A stretch of DNA of 64,000 nt from Camelus dromedarius (Eukaryota), in contig NC_087439.1 in assembly GCF_036321535.1 (NCBI RefSeq), positions 68,882,001 to 68,946,000 on the forward strand, in the 5' to 3' direction. The notes below the pieces were generated by a model. The model saw nothing but the letters and a program-made list of their open reading frames with translations, was not told the DNA's origin and searched no databases. A program made the position numbers and the translations under genes. Of the stretch, positions 14,136 to 27,649 are shown piece by piece. Positions within the stretch are counted from its first letter, which is position 1. Each line of letters begins with the position of its first letter.

Positions 14136-14472
14136 CATGGCACAAGTAAACACCCAACTGCCCTTAAGGGAGCAAATGGCATATACATGGATATGCAGAG
14201 GCTCCTGTTAAATGCTGCTTTCTAGATGTATAAAAAACCTTCCGTCCACAACCAAGCACAGGAAGGGACGTGGCTGGACCAGGGACTGGGAGAGCAGAGA
14301 GGGGGTGGGCTGGGTCTCAAATCCATAAATGAATCTGCATACACTGCCCATCCTATAGAAGAGAAACCTTGAGGTCGGGTATCACCTCTTACTCTTAGGA
14401 CCCTCAGGGGAAATGAGAATAATAAGCAAAAAAGTCAAGGTAGACATTACAACCTATTTTCACTCAAACTTG

Positions 14473-14988
14473 TGAAGGACTTCTGAGCATGTCATCCCAA
14501 AACATGCCACTTTGACACGCTCACTATTTTGAGTTAAAGGTACCTGACAACAGCAGGTGCCAGAAGGGCACTCTGACCCTCCTTTTATTTCTGGAAGCAG
14601 GAGATAAACTCCTATGTAGAGGTGCCCTCCCTGTACCAAGAGAAATGAAGACATTCTATCACCAGAGTTGGGGAATCAGGGGCCAAGGGAAATCTGACAA
14701 ACAACCTTGCAGCACTAACTCCGTCCTCCTGGGCACTTCTTCACATTTACTGCCTCCGGCCCAAACCCCTTTGTCTTATCAATTCTTCACAAATTTATTG
14801 TTTGTCTAAAAGGTATAAAAACTTCCTGCTCTGGTCATTTCTTTAGGTCTCGTGAGGGCTCCCATGTACATATAAAAATTTAATGAAGTGTGTCTTTTTC
14901 CCCTGTTCATCTGTCTTACGTCAGTTTAATTCATAGGCCCAGCCAAAGACCCTAAGACGGCAGAAGAGAATTTTTTTTCTCCTTTATA
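14473..14988 (+). mobile_element. ERV1-class solo LTR (MER34-like), 516 bp, antisense to PARD3B
   Basis: Starts TGAAGG and carries the cccaaaacatgccactttg..ttttgagttaaagg motif typical of MER34-type LTRs. TATA (ggtataaaa) at ~14812. Perfect 4-bp TSD CTTG at 14469-14472 and 14989-14992. Confidence 0.85.
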
Positions 14989-15439
14989 CTTGTTTCCCCT
15001 CATTCTTTAGAATTAAGGAAAAAGTAACCCAAAGAAAGAAGTCAAAGATAAAAGAAGTAAACATGCATCTTCCCTTAAGACAAAGGAGTCATGGATACCA
15101 AGGAGAATTCATTCTGCTGGGAAAGCACGTTTGTCCAGCTGTGTTCACGTAGACACGGACAGACCACTGCAAGGGCAGTCTTCTGCCTGGCAAAGTGTAA
15201 CCAGGTGCTCATGAATTTCTAAAAACAAAACTTCTCTTTGGAATGACCAAAGAGTAAAGGAAACCACAGGAAGTTTCCAGATGGGGTTAAGCACCTGCAC
15301 AGAGCTCTCAGAGATCTCAGCGGTGCCTCAGACCTCCAGGACATTCAGGGTAAGTCAAGGCTGCAAACCCAGCTCCCACGCCACTTCCCCAGGATAGGAA
15401 ACCGAAAGGAGAGAAGGCAGTGTTCACCGAGCTCCTTCT

Positions 15440-15610
15440 ACCTGCCAAACTGTTTACATGCATTGCCTTATTTGAAACTCTCAACAACTCTATACTGTAA
15501 GTATTACTACATCCACTGACAAATGGGGAAATGGTCTCAGGTGGGTTAGACATCTTCACCCCTGATCACAGAGTTGGGAAGCAGCCAGTAGGACTGGAAC
15601 TTGGGTAGAT
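15440..15610 (-). mobile_element. MIR SINE
   Basis: ctcaacaactctatactgtaagtattactacatccactgacaaatggggaaatggtctcaggtgggttag is a reverse MIR core. Confidence 0.7.
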
Positions 15611-15649
15611 GCAATTCCAACTTAGTTCTCCCATCAACACCTTTGTAGG

Positions 15650-15850
15650 CTGCAAGCAGATTGCCTCGTTTCAAATTCAGTCTCCAACACAGTAGCTGTG
15701 TAACGTTGGGCAAGATAACTAACCTTTCTGTGCTTCAGTTTCTGCATCCTTAAAATGGGAACAGAAATAATGTTGATCTCAGAGTTCTTAGGGAGACTGA
15801 GAGGGTGAGCCCACACAGAGCCCTCGCACAGGACCTGGAAGCCAGTGAAC
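15650..15850 (+). mobile_element. MIR SINE
   Basis: tttcaaattcagtctccaacacagtagctgtgtaacgttgggcaagataactaacctttctgtgcttcagtttctgcatccttaaaatggg is a forward MIR core. Confidence 0.8.
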
Positions 15851-17279
15851 ACCCAAGGCCGAGGCTGTTAGACCTGGAACCTCCCCACCCCCTCCCGTCA
15901 GTCTAGTTCCTGTTTCCTATATTTCTCTGCCAGTTCTCCCCCACCACTTGGCCTTTCTTTAGTGAGAAGGGTTTGTTGGTTTTTTTTTAATAAAAAAATC
16001 CATATAGCCATTCAAGTTCAACATTTTAGTTGTACAATAATTACAAAGCATTTATCAACACATAACAAGAACACAGCAAGGCTTTAATGACTGCAGAAGA
16101 AAAAGTAAAGAATGTAGAAAATGAGACATAATTTACTTATAAATGCAACTCAGTATCTAAAACCTCTTTTAGGAGATTAGATGACCTCAGAAAAAACAGA
16201 CATGCGTTGTACACCATCCTACAACCGCAGAGCTCAGAGAACAAGAAGCAATTTTCAGTCCCTCCAAATCTGTCTCCTAATTAAACTAATTGGTTTAAAA
16301 TAGGTTAGCCTTCCCGTGTATAAAGCCCTTAACGGTTCACGGTTTGACGAAATGTACTAGGATACATCTACTGGCTTGCATTTTATTAGAATTAGGAACT
16401 CACAGCTATAATACGCAACCTTATACTTAGCAAAGAAAATGGACTTTTCAAAGCAGACTAACTAGTCTGCTTAAATTTGAAACTCTTCTGATAAAAATGT
16501 CATCTGTCTTCCACAAGAGTACTACAATTTGAAAATATACTTTAACAAAAGATACTTTGCTTCCAAATTTGTGATTTCTACTCCTCCAACTCCTCTCCAC
16601 GGAAGGGATTCATTCTGTGTGTCACACAAATTGTTATTACAGGTTTGACAAGATCACAGCTTTCTTATGGAGCCCCCCTCAGTCCCTTAGGACCACAATC
16701 CTTATTACAGTCTCTAAATTAATAGGGTCAGGTGTGGACAATACTCATAGAGCACATTTTGAAGAAAACAAGTCCAAAACAACATCTAGGAAGCAAAAAA
16801 GTATACAGCAGCCTGCTCACCACACCTGAGACGATGCCCCGCACGAGAAACGCTCCCCCGCCCGAGCGGAGTTACCTGGCTTTGTCTGCTATATATTTTC
16901 CACTACAGAATGTTCAACATCCTGTATGCTTCTGTCCACCTCTGTGACAAGTGACAGTACTGGCTAGGGTTAGATGACAGAAAAAAGGAAAGATGGGAGG
17001 CTGCAGAAGCTCACCAGTCTCAGAAGAAGGCAGTGAGCCCTGGGTGTCAGCCTTGGGGAAGGAGAGAGAGGAGCCCTCAGGGAGAATGAAGGGGGGCAGC
17101 CAACTTGCTGGGTTACCCGGGAGACTCCCTCTGGGGCAATGATGAGAAGGGCAGGGCATCAGTCTAGGACAGAGGATGAAACAGAATAGAGAAAACACTC
17201 CCCAGAACTAAGAGCTGCCCCCTAGCCCCTCCCTACTCCCTCCAGCAGGACCCCCTCCTTCTAGGGGCTTGTGACATTT

Positions 17280-17420
17280 TGGCCACCTTCCTTTCCTTCT
17301 CTTTCACACCTGCCAGCACACTGACTGGTTCCCATGTCTGTGTTTTCCTCCAGAGTCTAGACTGTGAGCCTGTTCAGGTCAAGGACTGGCTTTCTATAAA
17401 CGTTTGATGAATGAATGAGC
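17280..17420 (+). mobile_element. L2 3' end fragment
   Basis: ctagactgtgagcctgttcaggtcaaggactgg..aaacgtttgatgaatgaatga (L2 terminus with TGAA repeats). Confidence 0.7.
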
Positions 17421-18992
17421 CAGGAAGGAATGGAACTGAATTCTCTTTGAGCCTGTAGGTCACATTAGATACCTCTCTTACAGTAAAGTAACTTCACAAA
17501 AGAGCCACTCAAGGAAACACAAATAAACACCAACTACATTATGATATACTATTAACTTGTTACTTTTCTAACCAAAGCCTAGACTTCAATTCCTTGTCAT
17601 GAGGGTGGAGAGGGTGGGGGGAAGTATAAAAAGGTATAAAATCTAGGAGACAGATGAGCGCACAGTAATATTAGCTATGATGGTCAAGCAAGGAAAGGCA
17701 ATTCTCACTCCCACACTGGGGCTGCCTCAGTGGAGGGCAGAATATACCATCCTTCCATCCTCACAGCTAATCCAAACAGCCACTGATCCCAGGCTGGCTT
17801 ATCCTGGCTCTGATGGAGGAGAGCTCTGTGGTAACAATTACCATTTGTTTAGCCTGTCCTGACACTTTCACATCCGATGCCCAAATCAGTCACTCTGGCC
17901 AGATGAACTCCAATCACACTTGTCCAATTTTCCAGGTCACAATATTTCCAAGAATGTCTATGAGACCAAATATAACAGAGCCAGTTTCCTTAAATGAAGT
18001 CCAAACTTACTCCTCTTTAAGGGCACAGAAAGGTATGTCACAGGCATTTCTTCCAGAGGCATGTTCATCTGACTGCAGCACAGCTCTGCTCACCCCACCC
18101 CCCGGCACACAGGGAACGCCAAGCCTGAACCGGATGGACTGCCGCCCAGGGGCTGCGTGTGGCCCACGAGAGCCCTGTGACGGCGGCCAGGACACTGGGC
18201 GCTGCTAGGTCAGGGTTTTCCTCTCTGTGAAGGACAAAACCAACCTCATGAGAGCGCTGTGAGGATTCAATGCGTTTAGCACAAAGCCTCTAGACTAGTG
18301 CTTTTACAAAGCTGGGACTTAATAAACGGAAGCTGTGAGTATTCTTGCTGTGATGATGATGATTTCCTTTCCTCTCCCTCCCCCAGCCTGCCCTTAAAAG
18401 GCCGCCACATCTGCCGAGACTGGTACTTTACCTGGATTACACCTGTAAGTTTCTCTTAAAATAAGATCCGTTTCAAAGGCCACCTCTCCCTCACAACCTT
18501 TCCTACCCTGGGTCCCCACTGCTCAGCACACAAGTGAATACTCGGCTCCTCAGGGCTATGACAATCCTGAGGCAAAGCCCGACTATCACACTTCTCCGCT
18601 GTGCTGTCCGACTGAATCGCGTCTTCCCAGATTAGGACCTCTCTCAGGGAACAAGCTTCAAAAGCTTCTGAACTTCCCCTGATGGGTTCATGTGTTGAGG
18701 TCTTAACCATGATCCGTGGAAGCATCCACAAACAGAAAACTCTGAGAACAGAAGTGACACTCTAATTGCTTAGGGGAAAAGGCCAGACTACAAAGACACA
18801 CTTTGAATTTTTATATCCTGTTTGGTCCTTAAAGGTTTTGCCTCATTGGAAATGGGGGTGATAAATCAAGCACCCAAGTATTACATCATTAGAATAAACT
18901 AGTTTATATCTTTCTCATGAGACAAAGATTACTCACGCTCTTACCTGCTGTGTTCTTATTCTGGCATAAGCCATCTTTCATGAAGTTACTCT

Positions 18993-18995
<3 letters not shown>

Positions 18996-19044
<49 letters not shown>
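18996..19044 (+). repeat. (AC)~24 microsatellite
   Basis: Perfect dinucleotide tract directly visible. Confidence 0.98.
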
Positions 19045-19047
<3 letters not shown>

Positions 19048-19406
19048 CATGTACAAAGAAGTGTTTACCACCCAGATGCCCAGAGACATACGCTCCAGAC
19101 AGTATCTCAAATCCAGTTATACGACTGGACTTAAAGATGCCATCCCCCCACATCCCAGCAGGTGAGGGGTCCTTTACCTGGAATTTGTGATCCTATGAAT
19201 CCACTCAAGCACAGCATTTAAAATAAAGATGAATACAACTCATAGCTAAATATTCTCCAAGCCAAGCCCCGCCCCTGCTATAAGTTTAGTATCAGCCCCA
19301 ACCCCTTTTTCTATTTACTCTCCAGCCCAAAACTATCTTCTGCATAATTTTAAACAAAAGGAATCGAATCTGTGAGAGAAAAGGGACTACTCAGAACATT
19401 CTACAC

Positions 19407-19615
19407 CAGGGTTTCTCAGCCTCAGCACTACTGACATTTAGGGCTGATAATTCTTTGCTGCAGGGGAGCTGTTCTCTGTGCTGTGAGGGCCACATTTGTG
19501 GCCTCTACTGAGTAGATGCCAAGAGGAGCCGCTCACTAGTGGTGACAACCAAAAATGCCTCCAGGCTTTGCACAATGTCCCCAGGGGCAAAACTACCCCT
19601 AGCTGAGAGCCACTG
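19407..19615 (+). mobile_element. MER20 hAT-Charlie MITE, full length
   Basis: TIRs cagggtttctcagc / gctgagagccactg (11/14 match). 8-bp TSD ttctacac / atctaaac (6/8, fits the NTCTAGAN target). Internal ggtgacaaccaaaaatgcctccag..tgcacaatgtcccc is MER20-like. Confidence 0.9.
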
Positions 19616-19734
19616 ATCTAAACAAATTGCCACTCCTTGCTAACCATCATTTTTAATTGCCTTTAAAAAACTGGAGGCAATGTAGCTCTGAGAAGAGATG
19701 TTCTGTGACAGAAAACCAAGGTTCAGAGCCCCAG

Positions 19735-19975
19735 TCCCTTCCAGGGTCTCTGTCCAATGTGAGCCAAGCAGTCTGGGCTCAGGACCTGGCCTGGGTGACC
19801 ATGGACTAGGCAACTACCCCCCAGGCCTCAGGTCCCTCACCTATAAAGTCGCGATGATAACAGTAAATGCTTCATGAAAGTGCTGTGAGGATTAAGTAGG
19901 TTAACAAGGCAAAGTGTTTAGAACGTGTCTGGCAGGTAGGGAGTAATCATGAAATGCTAGCTGTTACCAGCATCA
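19735..19975 (+). mobile_element. MIR SINE
   Basis: ggcctcaggtccctcacctataaagt..gtgctgtgaggattaagtaggttaacaaggcaaagtgtttagaacgtgtctggca..tgctagctgtta. Confidence 0.75.
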
Positions 19976-19992
19976 CGCCCCTTAAATCCTCG

Positions 19993-20350
19993 ATGCCTCA
20001 GTTTCCACATCTGTCGATTAGAGAGGTAAAACTGGAGGTAGAGTGGACCCTTGAACAAAGAAGGGTTAGAGGCGATGACCCTCCGCATAAATGTAACTCT
20101 GTATATAACTCGCAGGCTGCCCTCCAAACCCGTGGTTCCTCCGTATCAGAGTCAACCAACCGTGGATCATGCAGTACTGTAGCGTTTACTACTGAAAAAG
20201 AAATCTGCATGTTAAGCGGACCTGCGCAGTTTCAACCTGTGTTGTTCAAGGGCCATCTTCACTTTTGCAAGAATTAAATGGAACGATACAACGAAAGCAT
20301 TTGCATGGAGTTTGGCACACAGTAAGGATTAATAAATACATGTTAGCTCT
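19993..20350 (+). mobile_element. MIR SINE split by a Tigger MITE
   Basis: Left half tgcctcagtttccacatctgt; right half aagaattaaatggaacgatacaacgaaagcattt..tggcacacagtaagg..aataaatac. The halves are colinear with the MIR consensus. Confidence 0.75.
20041..20259 (+). mobile_element. Tigger2-family (TcMar) MITE, Tigger2a_Art-like
   Basis: TIRs gagtggacccttgaacaa / ttgttcaagggccatct with TA at the left junction. Internal tcaaccaaccgtggatcatgcagtactgtag matches Tigger2a derivatives. Confidence 0.85.
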
Positions 20351-22659
20351 AGCCTGCGTTTTAAGAATACATAAAGGAAGTACTTTGATTTCTGTTGTAG
20401 AATGAAGAACAATACACTCGGATCAACTTACAAAGCTCATTTATCCCACCCCAAGAAAAAAAGATGATTCAAGGCCTGAATAAATATGTATATGAACATA
20501 CAGACATATACAGTCAAGTTATACTTCAAATTCGAATATTATCATGCTAGAATTGTCAAGCGTGCCTTAACTCAGCACAAGAGAAAAATACCCATTTTAA
20601 GAAAAAGTTCCTGGCACAGAATAATTGATCAATATATATTAGCTATATTTCCTGTTGCTATTATGCTCCGTGACCAATGACTACGACCCACCGTGAGTGT
20701 GGCCCAAATACGCCATAAAGGAAAGTGGATAAGAACCTGCCGGTGATTCCTAAAAATCCACCACTACCCCTGGGAAACTGAATGGATGAGCACGGGGAGA
20801 AACCAGACATGCTTCTTGTGGAAAAGCACCATTCCATTATATAATGCAGCCCCCCACCCACATGCATGCATGCATATACATATATACACATACACACACA
20901 CACATACACCTGTTGCTGTCATGCTGAGAACCACTGGCCTGCTGTACCATCAACTTCAGATATGCAGAATTAGCACTTCATTTTTAATTAAAAAATGAAG
21001 TGTGCTGCAATAATGCAGAGTATCCCTTGATTTACAAAACAAACATCGCATTATATGAAAAAAGGAAGTTAAGATACTGATTCCCAGTCCCCTCGTCTCC
21101 CCTCTTTTGCCTTAGATCACACTGAGGCACATTCAAATGTACGCTGTGCCCCAGGGGGCCTGCATGGATTAAGGTAGCCCTGTCTTCAAAGCTAGCAGCA
21201 CCCCAGCTGCTGGTGGGAGGCAAGTCCCTACCAATTATTCTCTTTAGGCTGCCTCGAGCTACTGTGTGACTTAAAGAGTCAAACATTCAAGTCAAGTATA
21301 CAAAATCAATCAAGAACTCAGGACAGAGTTATTAACAGCAAGACTCTAGGTGCAACTTCAGGGACCCTAAAAAAAGAGAAACTGGGGGTCAGGGAGGAGC
21401 CCAGAAGGGAAAGAAAGGGTTATAACCTGGTTTATAAAATGAGAGATACAATACAGGAATAACAGAGGAGCTGAGACCCAGGTATCGAGGCTCCCATGAC
21501 AAGGGCCAGGACTGCCTGAGAAATCACGGGGTAGGAGTAACAGACCTGCATCTCCACAGGGCCTTACACCGAAGGGGCCAGCAAAGACTGATTCTACTAA
21601 ATGGCAGGTATTGTCCAAGACCACGAGCTGAACTAACTGGGTGAAGAGGGTTTTAAATCAGATGAGCATGCCTATTCTCAGTCTCAGACACTGCACTGAA
21701 GTCAGCCCTGGGTCTTAAAAGCACTGGTGAGCACCATGGTCAGAGAGCTGGGAGGAGAGCGAGCACGGGCGAACATCTCCAACGGAGATGCCATCAGACT
21801 CCAGCACCACGTCACTCGAGAGCATGTCCAACTTAAGTCCCTCCTGTACCAAAGGGAGACAGGAAAGCCTGCTCATCTGGACCAACAGGTGACAAATGGG
21901 AGATTCCAATCTAAACTGCTTACTTAGCGTCAGTGGGTTTCAGAGGGCCAATAATCTACATTTTCCCTTGAACTGAAAAGAAGCCTACCCACCACATTTT
22001 CTGAACTATTTAAACAGTTTTAAGTCCTTTATGATATAACTTAGGTTTTCCTGGGAATGGTTTCACGTCTAGAATTCAAAAAGCAAAATGCAATAACTAG
22101 TTTAAGGGCTTGCCACCACTGTTCCTGTTACCCAAGAGCACGTGCATTAGAAATAAAGCATTAGGAGACACACGGGAATGAATGCCCATTTTTATAATTT
22201 CAGAAACCATGCAGGCTGAACAACACATAGATTTCAAGGAAGCCACATAGGTTATTGTCTTAGGTAAGTTATACTTAGTGGACAGCCAGCTCTTGTGAAA
22301 CTGCAAAGCGAATCTTCTAGTGGCTAATGCTCCCAGGACAGCCAGGAAGAACAGCAGCAAACGAGTCACCATCAAGTCGATGAAAATCCAAAACTAAAGC
22401 AGAGTCACCTGAAGAGTAGAAACAAGCTCAGAAGAACAATTTGTTCAATAAAAAATAATGTAAAGGACTAATGAGGTTTAGTAGAAGGTTTGCGATGTGC
22501 TTATACACTGTGGTGTACAGTCAGCAAACCTCTGAGAGGAAACTGCATGTTGGCCTTATGCTTGGTACTCGGAATAAACCCCAGAGCTGGACCTGCTCAG
22601 GGTCCACTTGAGAGGCATGGACATTGTACTGAAGACATATGTGGGCTGTCAGTGTATGT

Positions 22660-22830
22660 CCAGAACTCTCTAAGCACTTTAGAGACGTGAACACATGTAG
22701 TCCTTCACAGCTATCTATAACCCCATCTTACAGATGAGGAAACTGAGGCACAGTGAGTATAAGTTGTCCAAGGTCATACAAATAATACATAGCAGAGCTT
22801 CTATTTGAAAATAACTAATCTCACTTCAAA
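22660..22830 (-). mobile_element. MIR SINE
   Basis: cccatcttacagatgaggaaactgaggcacagtgag..ttgtccaaggtcataca is the canonical reverse MIR core. Confidence 0.85.
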
Positions 22831-25629
22831 GTCCACACAAGTGACAACCACGTCATGCTTTTTCCTCTCCAAACTGAGGTGTTGCCAGGGGGATGAACCT
22901 CAGAACACTACGTAAAAACCAGGAATTGTTACCCTCTTAAGAGTGTTAAGCATGGTATGACAGAGGTACAGGCAAAATGCCCATTGGAGGGAAGACTAAG
23001 TCTGTCACTGTCAGAGAGTTAAAATACAAAATCCACATATTCAAGCAAAATTTATTATGAAGAAAGTGTGAGGTAGCTGCTAGCTGGGTTTCATAAAGAA
23101 CTTGGTCATAATTTCTTTTAAAAAAGACAGCACAGAAATGGAAAAAAGTTTTAGGAGAGTGGTAACTTGTTTTATTCCTAATCAACAGTTATGACTACAG
23201 TAACGCATCCTCTCTGGTACCCTCGTTCTTGAACGGCTCCAACTTGGGAGCTGTACACAACCATCAGACAAGCAACGACCTTGGGAGGACCAAGTGGTAT
23301 TCCTGGACCCCCACAGCCACCCAGGGATAGGCTCGGGAGAAAGACCAAGAGCAGGATTCTCGACGTGAAATGTCTGGTCGGTTCACAAGCAAAGCAAATG
23401 CCCCATTCATCAGCCTCCTGACGTGGATGCTGAAATACACTGGAGATTCCGTAAGAGAAGGAGGAGAGTAGGAGAGGAGTAAAAAGACTAGTCAGCCTGG
23501 GCTTAGCAGGGGTCGGCAGAGGCAGAAAGTGTCTGGAAATTAGCCACAGTGACAGAACAGGCGTGTAAGCGGTGACACCCAAGAGCAGAAGCCAAGTGAG
23601 AGTGCTGAGCTACAGACTCTCCGACAAAAGAGAAGAAGAGAGCCAGTGATGGCAACACAAAAGGCAGAAGAGCAAGGCTGAAGGACAAACAGTGACCTGC
23701 ATTTCAATGCCTTGGCACCCAGGGCACCTGGGGACCACTCAGACAGCGTGCCAGCCAGAACAATGAGAAAACAGGGGGCATAATCTCACAGAGCAGAATC
23801 TGTCACTTATTACACACTCACCACAAACAAAAACACGCACTAACTGAGCACGTGGCAGGGAGGAAGGATATAAACTGTATGGACAGATTCACACACAAAA
23901 AGAAAGAAAGAAATAAGACACCAGACAGACAAGTGACCACCTATTCCTCTGTGATGACAACCAGGATGGAGAGTCCTCAAGCCTCTCTAAGTCTCAGTGG
24001 CATCTTTGGTCAGCTAGAACAGCAGCCCCCCTCCCAGAGGCTGCAGGCGTCAGATGAGATAATGCATACACACCGTCTGGTGCTGAGTAATGCTCAAAGG
24101 ATGACAGGTGTCATCACCACCACTGCCGACAGCAATGTCACCACCGTTATCATGACCACAAAGGTGCCTACAATCTGGTGGGAAAGACACTGCGAGTGAA
24201 AACCAGTGTGGGTACAGAAAGTACGGAGCTGGCAGAGTGTGGAGACCTGGGTCAATGTTAAGGTGTTTCTTACATCTCATTTCAGTATCATATGTGAAGC
24301 AAGGAATGACCCTGGACTGGGGATGGAAGAGCAGACAGGATGGAATGGCACAGCAACCAGCCCAGGTAGGCTGTCCCAGTCAATGTCAACACGTGGTCTC
24401 TGTGGCTTCATTCAAAGATCATTTCTGAATCAATAATTTCAGGCAGCAGTGAAGACCCAGGTTTCATCTCTTTTAGGAGGGCTTCTAAAATTCCAGCTCC
24501 CCAGGCAGAGCAGTCCTCTCTGAGACACGATGCTTTACAGGTGATGTGCACCATCAGACAGAACCCTAATTTCCCACACGACAGCAGGAACTCGATAATA
24601 TCTTTATAGTATCTCCACCGACAGGCAAAGTTTCTGACACGTTTGCCAGCCAATGAATACTGGTTATATGAATGAATTACTAGCTTTATGATTTTTATCT
24701 ACAAAATTTAAACAGCTGCCTGGAACACCCCCCTATTTAGCTCAGATCCTCAGAGGATCAAACAACTAAGGTGGTATGAGGAAAAAACATACATACTTAT
24801 TGGGTTTATAGAAATGCTTCCTACAAAGAAATTAAATATCTAATTATCTGTTTTAACTGACGTCTGATGCAATATCTTAAAACACAGGGCAAAAAGCCTC
24901 ATTCCCACGAACCCTGGGTCAGACTTATCATGATGGCATCAGTGAATGTCCTGGGTTAGAACATAAGGAAGGTCCAGGGCTCCTGTTGTGGACAGAGGTC
25001 AGCTTCCTCCCAGATCAAGCAGCCCTGCCAGCTGGGTTCTTTCCTCCCACTGCCCTCCCCCAGCAACGTCTGCTGCTCTCCTGGCATCGCCACCGTGCGC
25101 CCCTCCTTCTCATCCCTCTTCATGCTTCTCTTCTTGTCCCCTTGCCTTTGTCTCCCATTGAAACTAAATGTAGAAGCCAGGCATCCCCTGTCTTGGAAAG
25201 CTTTCATCTCAAAAATCATCTCTAGTCAAGAAAAGTGTCCTCCTCTTTCTGGCCAGAAAACTGACAAAGTGCTCTGTCACTTCTCAACTCTTGACTTTTG
25301 TGTTTCCCCCTCCCCAAGTGTAGGGCACCGCTCTGGATCCATGAGGGCACTCAGAGACTGACCTCCTGAAGACGGTATTTCCTTTCCACATAGGGAATAA
25401 AAGCGATACGACTATCAACTGACTCCCACCGATCAGCCCCAGAGCAGTGCCCTGTGGGCGCCATTCCTGGCCTCTGACTGACCTTTTCCATCATCCTTAC
25501 ATGCAACCACAGCAATAATAATTACAAACACATTATTTCATTCAGGAAAGTCATAAAATATCATAGGCCTAAACCTATATTAATTCGTGTTTCAAAATGT
25601 CAGAGTGCACAATAATTTGATTTAGATGA

Positions 25630-25800
25630 AAATGCATGCTCCAGCTGCTCATTCATTCACATACTTTATTAAGTGCTTTCTGTATGCATAGTGCTATTTA
25701 AGCCATTATAATGGATGAAAACAAGCAAAAGAACAAAACAAAGCATTTTGCTTTCAAGGAGGTTACAATCTAATTAGGGAGATGAGTTATGTACATCTCA
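25630..25800 (-). mobile_element. L2 3' end fragment
   Basis: attcattcacatactttattaagtgctttctgtatgcatagtgct..tttgctttcaaggaggttacaatctaattagggaga. Confidence 0.7.
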
Positions 25801-27649
25801 GAAAGATTCATTTCCCAAATAAATTAAAGATGCAAACAAAATTTCAAGGGCTTAACCCTACTGAAGGGACTGAAAACTATTATGAGAGACTTAGAGCTCA
25901 GAAGTCGTCTGCATGGGAGTGTACACTGTTAATTGTACATGAGTCATTTATTCAGCATCCGTCATCAAGATAGGCCCCCCCCCCAAAAGACCGCTCTTTG
26001 GCAGCACAGAGAAGTGAGTACTTAGAAATCTATACTTGAAGGTAATAAATCTGACACTGAAAAAAAAAATAAAATGATTGCCAGGGAGGAGCCTTAGAAG
26101 TAAGCTGCTCTGTGTCTGAGGTCTTGAGAGGTCAAGAGCCTTGCTCACGGACAGAGCCAGTTCATGTTCACAGAAGAGCTACGCTAGGCTCTGCCCCGGG
26201 CCCCAGACACCAAGAGCAGTGCTTCTCTCAAAAGCCCACATGGATCTATTTGACTCTCTTTGTCAGTCTAAGTTAGCAGATTTTCTACTCTAAATATTGC
26301 CTAAAGTAGTAGAAATGAGGCACACAGAAATCAGAGCTATTACTAACCAGATTTAAAGTGTCTCGGTTATAACAGCTAATTATTTGATCTTCAGTTTCCC
26401 CGCTTCTGATCCACCCTGTACGCTGGGCCCTTGGTCAGTCCACCTAAAAGGACTGCCTTTATCGTGTCATTATCACTGTTTTCCCCATTTGCCTTTGGAA
26501 TAAAGCTCCTATGCGGGCAACTGAGATCCTCAATGTTAAGGTTCTAAAACCACACTGCTCTCAACCACCTATCCGCAGAAATCAAGCCCCTAATCTACCA
26601 GGATGGAGACAATCCTGATCAGGCTGACAAAGATGTTGTCAGGCTTCATTCGACGCACTGTCCTCTGCCAGGCCAACCACAGAAGGAGCACACAGCAGTG
26701 TGTTTACCTTCCCCACATCAACCCTAATGGCAAGGTATGGGCTGGCCCTACGTCATAAACACAGCCAAATTGTTCACGCTTCCCCACCACGCCACCTCTT
26801 GGGAGTAATGAATTCATCAAGTCTACCCGACTCTCTCTGGAGGCAAGGTTTGCCTCCCGCAGAGTACAGAAAGTTCTCTCTCACGCTGGGATGTGAGTGC
26901 ACTGCTTCACTGCACATACTACAGTCTTCATCTATAAAACACCATCCCCTGCCAGACTTTGCCTTTTCAAAGGAGGCCCAAGATTTTGATTTCATCAGCA
27001 CGGATTATTAGACAAGCCTCCAGCCCTGGGATCATCCAAACCGCTACCCTGAGTCCCTTGTAACCCCATGATAAACTTTATCACACACTTTAAAATTCCA
27101 ATTCAATATTCCAGGCCCAAAGACAGAAAATCATGACAAACATGCAGGGAGAAGGTTTTTTCACACCATCATAATGATGCTTAGCGTCCTGACCTTTGAG
27201 GCCACAGCAAGTAGCCCACGGTGCACAGAAGCACTCCCACATGAAGCATCATCTCATCACTTTTTGCCCAAATGTACTTTCCTTCTAGTGTCCTCCCCCC
27301 CACTCCCAATTAGTTTTCTTCATCACTGCATGGAACAATTTAAAGTAATATTCAACATTGTATTCCTCATGATCTTAACACAAAAGAAAACTAAAATTTC
27401 TCTCAATTTTTAGTTTCTAAATGTCTTAATATGCAACTCTCCACCTAAACAACATGGCCGTAACTGAGAATGCCAGGCACCCCACCCAAGACTGTTTGCT
27501 ACGGGAACATAGAATGTTCAGTTTGTGCAAAGGTACACAAGGCCACGTTCTCCATTAGCAATCACATGGATTCTATCATCTGATGACCACTGCTCTATTA
27601 TTACGCTTCTTGTCATTTCAACCTATATGCTAATATTTCTATACAATAT

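Noticed and set aside
21700-21930. CpG-containing block with 64-66-aa ORFs on both strands
   Set aside because: No homology recognised and no clear splice signals. Length is expected by chance.
23200-23720. Purine-rich ~500-bp block, possibly an old LTR
   Set aside because: No termini, TSD or family motif could be identified with confidence.
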